Positions 50,101 through 60,449 of a stretch of 64,000 nucleotides of DNA are shown here, in pieces; positions within the stretch are counted from its first letter, which is position 1, and each line of letters begins with the position of its first letter. The stretch spans positions 16,058,001 through 16,122,000 of the forward strand of contig NC_134480.1 of assembly GCF_964194025.1 (NCBI RefSeq), given 5' to 3'. The notes under the pieces were generated by a model that did no database searches, was not told the DNA's origin, and worked only from the letters and a program-made list of their open reading frames with translations. Both the position numbers and the translations under genes were made by a program. Source of the stretch: Convolutriloba macropyga (Eukaryota).

Positions 50101-53100
50101 CAAACTCCTTCTATTAGGACCCAAAAATTCCTCAGACAAAAAGAATTAAATATTTGGAACGGGAAAAGAGAAGAGGAAAGCAATTGTGAACACTCGCGGT
50201 GTGAAAAATGATATCAAATTTTCCTTGCAAGATCAAATAAGTTCGAAAAAATCTAACCGAAACACTCCAACTCTCCATCAAACGCGGAGATGTCTCCAGA
50301 GGAAATTATTTTTAAAAATTTATAAGCAATATGTGAAATCACAAAATCAAAATGGAATTCACATTTGTGGTTCCGCAAAAAAATTCTTGAAAGATTGGAA
50401 AATCATTAAAACTATTTTTGGGTTACCAACAAATAAACATAACCGACAAACGTAGGGCGAATTGCTCTCAAACGACAGGCGAGCGGTTGGCTTCGTCAGT
50501 ACCCAGCTTCGGTATAGTGAGGCTAGCTTTACCTTAATTGAAGGGGCGTGAGGTGAGCGCAATGATGGTGGGTGCCCGGGGATGTAGGGGGTGGGGCACA
50601 GGAGGGTGGGTGGCAACAGCGGGATGGGCGGGGGTATGGGTGGGGCAACAGTTGGGGTCAACCGTGTGAGGGCGGTTTTTGGCGCATTCACGGGGCCCTT
50701 ACGGTATGAACGATGTTTATGGTTGGGGATTGGGGGGAGGTGAAGAGAGAGGGTGGCTGATGTGTGTGGGTGTGTGTTGTGTGTGGGGGGGGCTTGTAGG
50801 GAGGGGGTTTGGGGTCAACCTCTAGGAACCGCCCTTCGCACCATAAGTATAAGTCTCCAAAACAGATTATGTTAATCGCATACTTGAAGATTAGTAAGCT
50901 TGAAGGCTCTAAGAGTACTTGATGTCCGCTGGGGGCTACCTGTTTATCTCGTTTTGACAACGAAAAGTCATATGCGTCAGACAAAAAATCGGCCAAGCGA
51001 AAAATCGCATTAAAAAAGACTTATAGGACTAATATAATTGCTACTAACTTCGTTTGAGAGCAATTAAAGAAGTTCGTGGCTGCGGGAGAAAAATTCTATC
51101 AATGCTTGAGCTACACTTATACGAACTTCTGAAACTCTTGTCAACAATTATCAGATGAGAACATCCAAATGAAACAATTAACTCTTTTATATCTAATAAA
51201 AAAACGACCGTTCATTTCAGACAGATCGGAGAATCAAAACAATAGCTTTCACAGAGAAACTAACAAACAAAAAACGAAACTAAAAATAACCGACTAACGT
51301 CGGGCGAATTGCTCTCAAACAACTGGCGAGAGGCTGGTTTGTCAGTAGCTAGCCAAGATTTAGCGGGGCTCCCTTTAGCTTAATTGAAGTGGCGTTCGTT
51401 GGGGGCGGGGGGCAACGGTGGGAGGGGGATCTTTGGCTGCAAGGGGCCATTAAGGTTTGAACGATGTTCAGGGGTGGGGATTGCGGTGGGGGGGGGGCTT
51501 ATGTGGTGCGAGGTGGGGGTGGGGTTAACAATTTCTAAAAACCGCTCTTCAAACCATACGTATCAGTCTTCAAAACAATTTCTTTGAATCGCAAACCTAC
51601 AGACCAGTGAGCTGAAAGGCACCAAGAGAACTTAGTGTCCACTGAGCGCTATCTCTTTATCCCGTTTCTGAGGACAAAAAGTCAAATGGGTCAGACGAAA
51701 AATCATTCAAGCGAAAAATCGCAAAAAAGACCAGCAGGACTAATATGATTGCTACAAAACTTCGTTTGAGAGCCATTAACAATGATTTCCTAAAAAGTGC
51801 TAATTCAGTCATTTATGGTTTAAAAACATTTTGAAACATTACTATAATTAAGCGTTAATGAGGGTAATAGCTGATGATCTCACGCCACATAACAGCAGCT
51901 GAAGTACTGCATCAACAAGAGTTAAGAAAAGAGATAAAATGTGATCGCCCATTTTTTGTCTCTGGAGTGCTGTCATGTAACCCATCAGCAAGACTTAAAA
52001 AAGATTTGTTAGCCAGTAATGATTGTTAAAATCTGAAAAGGAGAAAAGTACAAAAATTTTTAAAAGATCGAAAATTTTTTTACAAATTATTGCTAAAATT
52101 CGTGATATTAATATCTTCAGAACCATTTCATTGTCTCAAGAGACTATCCGGTATCTCTAGTTCAAGCCCTAAATAGTTCCACTGGCTCAGATAAATCCAT
52201 AAACTTGGAACATGACAAAAATTTTCGGAAAACTTAAAAAAATAAGTTTTTATGAAATATTGCAAAAACTCAAGTCATTAAAAAATTGAAAACCATTCCA
52301 TTAACTCTAGAAACTATGCAGCAGCTTATTATCAAACCTCGAAGGCGGTCCGGGGCAATAAATTAAAATATTCAAAACTTGAAAAAATTGTGATTTTTAA
52401 AAAAAATTGCTTAAACTCGTGAATTATAACCTTGAAAAACGTTCCATTACATCTTCCTTGGCTCTTGAGGCTTGAGAAACCTAAAAATGACAAACAATTA
52501 AAACTTAAAAGTTGCAAAAAAAATTTTTTAAATTGCATAATTTCGTGATATTGAAATGGTTCCTTGGCTCTCGAGGATGGAGCAACCTAAAAAATGACAG
52601 ATTTTCAAAAAACTGAAAAAAAATTGTGAAAAATAGTTAAACTTTGCGTGTTTTTCTTTGGATTAGCATTGCAAAAGACATTTATCAACATAAACCAGCC
52701 TCAATTTTAAAGTGCTCAAACCAAAAATTCAAAAAATGACATAACACGAAAAATTGCAACATTTTGGGCTCAAAAACTAAAAATGACCTTTTAACCTAAA
52801 CCTTTGGCCTTCCCGGTAGCTTCATCACACTAAGCAATTGAGGGACTACTAAATGTGGCTAGGGGCCTCCAATGAAATCTAATGCCTGCTGGGCGCAACC
52901 TGTTAATCCCGCTTGTAGGGACGAAATGTCAAATGGGTCAGACGAAAACGGTCAAGCGAACAATTGCATAAAAAAGACCAGCAGGACTAATATAATTGCT
53001 ACAAACTTCGTTTGAGCGCAATTAAAAACCAAAAACATATTAATTTCAGTTCTATTAAGAAGTTTTTCTATTAGCCAATTTTGACATTGATATAAGAAAC

Positions 53101-56100
53101 ACCAAAAAAATTGCAAAGAATATTGCTACACTCTTTCTTAGACAACCATTTTTTCTGAGTTTTTTTTGGAAAATTGTTTGGGTAAAAGCTTATTGTTTTT
53201 TGTTCCTTATAAACAAGGAGAATTAAGGTACCAAGATTGATTTATCATAGTTAAGTTCTATTTTGTCCTGTTTTTTTTTAAATATAGTCTTAGTAGCATA
53301 AGTTTATTATAGTAAACTCAAGGATTAGCCCATGCCTAAACTGAATTTGAATATCCCTGAAACGGTTCTTCAACACTAAAAATGATCATTACTGTTTGAT
53401 TGATGCTGATAAATTCTTTTTGTAGGTGATGATGAAAAACTTTTCAAATATCTAACCAGAAATTGATAGCTAGATTGAATTGATTGTCGGATGGGAAACT
53501 CTGGACTTCGTGCCACCAGAATGCAGGCAAGAATAAGGCGTCTCCTTTAGATATTCGACACCTGACCGGTCGACTTTCGGCTGCGTTGGGAAACATCTAA
53601 AATGAACGAAGAATAACCAATTTAAGCAAACTAGAGATATTTTTGAGTCAGTCTATCTATAACTAGGAAGGATACTGAAAAACGTCAAAAAATTCAATAG
53701 ATCACAGAAAATCAATTTTGCATCAAGATTTTACCAAAAATTGTCATCAAAGTCAGAGCTGACTGAAGTTAACGCTCCATGTGCAATGTACACTAGATTT
53801 ATAAACAACCTGGTTAAAAATGATTGTAACAAGAAAAATATCTATCAGGCGAAGATGCAGTATAAAACGATCATTGTTACCTCCAATTTAAAAATAAAAA
53901 TAAAAGCACAAATCAACTGTTTTTTGATTGACTTATAACCCTGGTCCATTTTCAACTAGTCTTCTATATTTAGGCACAATATCGAAATCTTAATCACTCA
54001 ATACTATTTTAATATGGTAAAACTAGCAGATCTGTCCCATTAGTTTCGATCCATTATCAAATACATCGAAAATCAGGATTCTACATATTTTCACCACATA
54101 TTTTATCATCAAATCTTTTCATTCCGCAAAGTTTTCACCCAAAACCATCTACCGAAACTCAAACCCTACGTGTTCTTTTTTTGAACATTAAGTGCACCAA
54201 TTATATAAAAACTGAAATCGGTGTATAAGTATAGAGGGATTAAACAGAGAGAGAGAGAGGGGGGGGGGGGGTTATAGAGAGGACAACAGTAGTGCAATAT
54301 GTATAAAACTTACTTTTAAATTAGGTTTTAGAATATCAAGAGGTGACATGACAATAGACGTCGATTGTTGAAGACCCTCTCGGAGGAATGATTTGGTCTC
54401 GATGCTGAACTTCAGCTTGGCCTCTTGAATATGTGCCTCGTAGAGGTCACCGTTGTTGAAAGGGTCGAACAAGGTCAACTCTTTCTCCCCTTCGACCTTG
54501 AAAGGCCAAAAAGGAAGTAATCAAAATTGTTAACATTAATTTGATATTCGATTTCAATTTACACAATCACGTATATGAAACCCAAGGGGAAAATTTTTAA
54601 TTACACTCTCAAATTCTCTCAAAAATGAAACATGACTGGATAGATCCTGGACGCGCATTTGAAAAAGTTATAACGTATCATTGAGAAATACAGACCGTTT
54701 ATCTTATGATCAGATATTGAAACACGTTTCACAGAACATATATGGCATAATCGTAATAAAATTTAAGCTTTCTCATTGAGTTTCAATAATGATGACAAAG
54801 GGTTCAAATACTGTTTCGAAAATATCTGGTGTATTACTAACCTTCCGTTGAATTTAATATTGTTAGCGAAGGATCTGTAAATGCAAGCAATCTTTCACTT
54901 GCTAAGATAAAAAGTGATTTTTGAACGAGCACCTTGACTTGGGCTTAGAACACTGTCTGATCCATTATTTGGAAGAATTTTTCTCAGAAGCAAAATTTCA
55001 TTTCAATTTCGATTTTCTGTCAGTTCGAGCAGAATAAATGATGCTCTAAGGAGGTACTAAATCACTAACCATGACCAGTATATTGTCTAATGGATCAAAA
55101 TGAAGCTTTCCCAACGTATTCCCATCCGATAGCCAAATATTTGTAGAGTCCAAGCGCAGCCAATCAGCAATGAACTCAAACTCAGAAAAATCAGAAGTTG
55201 TTTCCTCCAGGTAATCTTGTATGGACGAGTACTCCAGATACAAACTTGCGTTTGCTTTCGCATAGTCACGTGATGCTAGCGACTCAACAAACTCACGAAA
55301 GGTCATGTCCAAAGTTGCCGGTCTCACAACGACTAAATCCGGAAACTTTAACTGGTCTTTTACAAAGGAAGGAAAATTGAACCCTGTGAAATCTTTCCAT
55401 AACGTTATGTTCTCAACACCTTCGAATTCTCCAAACGGCGCCACTTTTATGTGAACTTTTCTGTCCTTCGGAATGCTCGATTTGAGGAAGTTCAAATTCC
55501 ATTTTTGAAGCGCAGGCCAATCTTGAGCAGCATTTTTAATGATAACTGGTCTTGATTTAGATATGTAGTCTTTGAGGAATTGGATTGTCGTTGGATCCGC
55601 AATTTCGGGACATCTAGGATACTCAGCCTAAAAGACGCAGCAACATTCAAAAAAAGGATTAAATTGAAAACCATAAACTGATTAAAATATGAAGAAACAA
55701 AATCTTGGCAAGGCAACCAATAAGGATTAACCATGACATGGCGAGATGTATCCAGTTGCATAAACAGCATTATGAAACGAGGTTTAGCACGACATCATAA
55801 TAGGCAACCACCAGTTAGATAGATTACTTTTGCACAAAATAAATACATTGATTATCGTGGGAGTGCACGTAGACCCCCTCCCACTGAAACTTATTACGAA
55901 GGACTGTTCGGGAGTTGTGATTTGCAGTCAACTCCTGGGTAAATCAAAGCATGCATTAGAAGGCGTACACTCTAAATAAATTTGCGAAATCAAAACTTCA
56001 CAAAAAGACTTTGAAATGAAAGCAATTAAAACTTCATATCTTCTTTTGAGCATACATGATAACAAGTAGGCTCGTTAATGTGCGCTCGCACATAATGTTC

Positions 56101-59100
56101 CGACCCGAGCTCATCTACTTTTGTGACTTGTCAACCAAATGAAGAGATGTTCAAAAATTGATGGTTGTGTTTGAAAAAATAGTTACACAACAAAACATTA
56201 GAGCGCTCAGGTGATCTACCATTAATAAGACTACGAGAAAAAAAACAAACAACAAAATGAGCAAGAACAAAAAACGCTTTTTACGGCAAAAACTCAAGAT
56301 CTAAATTGGAAAGAATCCAGTAACAAAGTCAAAATACTATCAGATAAAATCTTAACTAAACAAATTTACTTTTTCTTAACTACAAGGCATATGGGAAATG
56401 TCCCTGATGAGACTAGGTAATAAGACAACAAAAAAAAGAAATAATGAGGTGAAGTTCAAAAATCGATCAACATTTCTTAACCAATTGGCTTCAGAAGTCA
56501 ACCAATTAGCTTTTCACTAAAAATTTTCTGATAAGTTTACTATAAAGTACTTAAGAAGCCAATAGGATATATTTTAATTTTGAATAAGCCATAGACCTGA
56601 ACTAAAAAACAAAGGGACTCAAAAAAATACAAACAATTTACGAAAACACAAAGTTTTAAAGCCATTAAAATTATTAGCTATTATATCAAGTTCTTAATTC
56701 GAATATTACACACACTAATACAGCAAAACCTAAGATTAAAGATCAAATATGTTCGCTCGGTCTGTTATTAACGCCAATGTGTTAAAAGAAGTGAAAAAGA
56801 AACAAATTTTGACCACTCACATGGAATTTTTATGAAAAAGCATATTGTCCTACAAACAGAGCCTCAATTATGGCATAATATCAATAGACAAGTTAATAAA
56901 TGGATAACAAGAAGGTGGGCGTAACCTGTCAATGATGACAATAAGTTACAAATTGACAAAAAACACATTAAAAAAATGAAATTTTTGAAAACAATATGAG
57001 AATATTTAAGACTATTAGCTATAAACTGACTGTATTGAATAAGTTCACTTAATTCTTAATTGGAAGCTAATGGCACCTCTCAGCACTGAAAACAATTTTG
57101 ACGACACATAAAGAACAGAAAACAGGCAAAAGCCGAAAACTCAGAAAAAATAAAGCAAAAAGTCGAAGCCTTTTAAAAAATAACTTGTCAGTGTAAACTT
57201 TTTATTTTCAATTTTTTTAAACGGAAACCGAAATCTTCTTATAGTAACAATAAGACTTCAAAAAAACAACAAATATGAGCATATACAATTAAACCAAAAT
57301 TAAATATCAGTAAAGTAAACAATGCCACATTAGAGGGCCGATGAAAACAGCCAATAATAAGACTACGAGACAAGACAAACAACAAAATCGAATAACAACA
57401 AACATTACTTATATTCAAAACTCAGTTTCTATTTTTTTTAAATATAAAAGTCAAAATAGTGGCAAACATAACCTAATTTGAACAACTTATTTTGTACTTC
57501 ATAAGAAAAAAACATGGGACTAGTCATTTATAACACTGCAACAAAAAGACTAAAAAGAACAAAAACGTAAAGTTAAAAAAAACACGTTTTTATTTTCGAG
57601 AAAAAAGAATTTCAAAAAAAGAAAATCACTAAATATCAACTGAAATCTTTATATAGTTTTATCTTCATTCTTACTTCCACACGAGGACAATGAGACCAGT
57701 CGAAATCCAGAATGTCGTACGTCTACAAAAACAAACAACAAATAGACGAATTGAAAAAAGCAAATTAATTTTGCGATAAAACGGCGTCTATATTTGATAT
57801 AAAAGTCACAAAAAACTGTAGCTAACAAATTAAATAAGCGAACAGGTTCCTTTGTTCATCCAAAGAAAGCCACTAAGACCTGTAATTCTACAGAATTTCT
57901 CATGCGACTACAAAAAAATGATGAAAATAGACAAAAAATAAACTAAATTAAAATCTGCGGGCTAAAGACGCGAAAACCGTTAGAACCATAATCCATTCAC
58001 TGAACAAATTGATCTGTTAAAATGTACATTCTTTTTAAACAACAATAATGTGATATCTGACCTGTCAATAATGTGACAATATGAGAAAAATAAAGATAGG
58101 AAAAACTTAAGAATTTTATGTAAAACTCGTAGTATCAAAGTAGCAAAACCCTACTTAAAAAGTAAAACCGCGATAAATATTGAATTCCAATCCATTAGAA
58201 ATACGATGCTACCTGTCATTGCTGACCATCAGCTAAATGTTGACCAAAAATGGCGAAGTTCAATAATCCATTGTTTATTTTGAAAACAAGTATTTTTAAA
58301 AGTCAAAACGACTATAAGCTTTCGATTATAAAAAGTTAGATAGGTTTCATTGAAACTCGTTAGGAAGCCGATTGAACCTGTTTTTGGTAAGCCCTGATTT
58401 GAATAGTTCTGTTCTGTAAATAGCAAAACAGAAAATGCGAATAATTTTTTAAAACACAGTGACTGACTACAATCCGAAATATTTTGTACTGCTATAAACA
58501 ACGACTAAACAAAAGCTAACCTGGCTATCACTGGTCATTCATTAGGAACAGGTAACTGTTCCAAATATTATGAAAAGGAAAAGTTTGCAAAAAGTCAATT
58601 TCATTTTTGATAATTATCGAGTTAAATGAGCAGAAACCGGTACAATTTTAATTCAAGAACACTCCCAAAGGAAGCGCAAGTAAAACTCACTCTCTTTGGA
58701 GTTGATGAAAATTATGTCAGTAAATTATTAGTTGTGTTAATGCCTCACAAATAAGTTCATCTCGAGCCATTTTTGTTTCAAAAAAGGCTAGTTTAGCAAA
58801 AAGTTCAACAACACTAGATATCAAGTAAAAAGAGCAACAACACTAGGCAACAAGCACACTCTTTCAGGCAAAATTTTGTAAAATTACGGAAAAAGTGAAC
58901 AAAAACAACGAAATTCAGTCAAATGTTCACAAAATATTAAACCTCGATAACTTAGTGGCAAAAACGGAATTCGAAAAAGTCTTTATAATTTTACATTCTA
59001 CGTTGGACGGGCTTTCTAATGATGCCAACAGTAACCCTCTACAATGAATATAAATATATCGACCGACCAAAAGCGACTTAACGAAGAAACCCATTTGAAT

Positions 59101-60175
59101 ATGTAGTTCCTCACCTACTAAAGTGGATTGGAACAAAAACTACGCTTATCGGCTTCCATTTCGCATGCAAAACTGATCTTTTTAGGCATCGCTCTCTACC
59201 AGCCACTTGTGGGCCGAATGTGTGTTCAATTCTAAAGAACATTAATTACTCAGTCTTTGAAATCTTTTCTACAATTGCTGATCCAACAACACGATTGATT
59301 TCGACGTTGCTTATTATTATCAATTCAAAACAAGCTAGGATTTAAAAAAATTCTGTCAGAGGTTGCTGAATAGCATCTTCAACACTATTTATAACTAGCT
59401 AGACAACTCTATTTAGACCACACTTTAGAAGAAAACTTTTAGGACTAGAAGGCCTCTTTTTAAAAGTCTCAAGGACTAGATATATAATTTTTAATCAATT
59501 CTCTTGAACAATACGTTTAAACAGAATTTTACCATCCAGAAAACATCTACCAGGGTCGAATTTTGCCCAATTTCTACATAGATGCGAAGTAGAGAAAGTC
59601 ACAAATACCTTACTGTTTATGATGTCTTCAAATCTGACGTCATACTTCCAAGGAAGCTCTTTTTCCAGTCGATTTTTCATCACTCCAAGCTCATTCAACC
59701 CACCGTCACTCGTGAAATATGTTTCGCAATTGACGTTTACAAACGATGCAAAATCTTCGAAGTTCAAATGCCCTTTATAAACTGCTTCAAAGGCCACTTT
59801 GTCTGGTACTGGTGGCGGAAACAGACAAGTTATATCGGGTGGATGTTTTTTGAAAGCCACAATCTCTGAATGGCAATTCTTCCCAAATTTATACTTAATG
59901 TCATCATTGTTCCCATCGGTGTTACAGTGAGCTAACAGCGACGTCCCATCGCTCCATTCAAAAGGCGCTTCGTATTTCCTGAACGCAATCGATTCCGAAA
60001 CGACTGGGTTGTCAAACTCGGACAAAAAAGCGTCGAAAAAAGTGCCTAATGTCGAATTCTCGGTCAATTCCAGTAGAGCTATGATGCAGCTATCCGATCT
60101 CAGTGATAAGATTTCAGATATTTGAGAAGTTCTCGTTAAGGGAAGGCAGAAGTACAACAATAAATAAAGCATCAT
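47054..60175 (-). CDS. JmjC/Cupin_8 2-oxoglutarate-Fe(II) oxygenase with signal peptide, ~513 aa. Exons: 59609..60175, 55070..55627, 54314..54496, 53457..53596, 47054..47147
   Basis: FLKDYISKSRPVIIKNAAQDWPALQKW (Cupin_8 start); IWLSDGNTLGKLHFDPLDNILVM|VEGEKELTLF (HxD); GDALFLPAFWWHEVQS (distal His); NLAINFW|YDPF. All four introns are GT-AG and phase-compatible; the intron 2 acceptor is aag. Linkage of exon 1 is inferred from the phase-0 AAG|gtattt..tttag|GCT join. Confidence 0.85.
47900..50430 (+). mobile_element. Decayed LINE (APE-RT) in JmjC intron 4, containing three ~130-bp tandem copies at ~48745..49120
   Basis: ALTEIWL (~47970), LKVSKFVPIFEKG (~49505), VLGPLLFL and YADDT (~49986). Confidence 0.8.
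50440..51067 (-). mobile_element. HINE-like family A copy in JmjC intron 4
   Basis: taaccgacaaacgtagggcgaattgctctcaaac ... G-rich core ... cttcgtttgagagcaattaa (14-bp perfect sub-TIR pair). Confidence 0.82.
51287..51779 (-). mobile_element. HINE-like family A copy in JmjC intron 4
   Basis: taaccgactaacgtcgggcgaattgctctcaaac ... cttcgtttgagagccattaa. Confidence 0.82.
51950..53025 (-). mobile_element. HINE-like family A, long variant lacking the hairpin end
   Basis: 51960..52620 is homologous to the central repeats at 43410..44300; right end aattgctacaaacttcgtttgagcgcaattaa. Confidence 0.72.
53457..53596 (-). CDS. JmjC gene exon 4 (absent from the ORF track)
   Basis: ttttag|MFPNAAESRPVRCRISKGDALFLPAFWWHEVQSFPSDNQFNLAINF-TG|gttaga. 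Confidence 0.9.
56060..59136 (-). mobile_element. HINE-like family C (~3.1 kb) in JmjC intron 1
   Basis: atgtgcg-ct-cgcacat hairpin plus gttccgacccgagct; the first ~1.2 kb and last ~250 bp align to 17475..20030. Confidence 0.75.
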
Positions 60176-60449
60176 TTACAATCTTAAACTACGATATCAA
60201 AGCAACACCTGTGTTAAGTCCAAAAAATTTTTACATTAACATAGTTAAGAGACGAATTAACGAAACTTGAGGAATTGAAATATTAAAATTGAAAATTGGC
60301 GGTCAACAACTGAGACTGCAAATGAACAAGATGGCTCGTCCAAGTCTACGAGTGGCGCAGAATGTTCCAACAAAGTCCTCAGACTCGTCAAAAAATATTA
60401 TATTTTTCCGAGATAGTTAGTATTTATAAAATTTTAGTTACCTATGAAG

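Noticed and set aside
50359-50996. Proline-rich ORFs here and at 8223, 8916 and 44396, plus Gly-rich ORFs at 44451 and 51384
   Set aside because: Translation artefacts of the G/C-run cores of family A elements.
55492-55770. 92-aa minus-strand ORF as a JmjC exon
   Set aside because: Wrong frame; the real exon starts at 55627 in the frame continuous with the 55046..55495 ORF.
47148-59608. Terminal complementarity in the four JmjC introns
   Set aside because: Checked by eye; nothing beyond short matches expected in AT-rich DNA, so end-pairing is not universal in this window.
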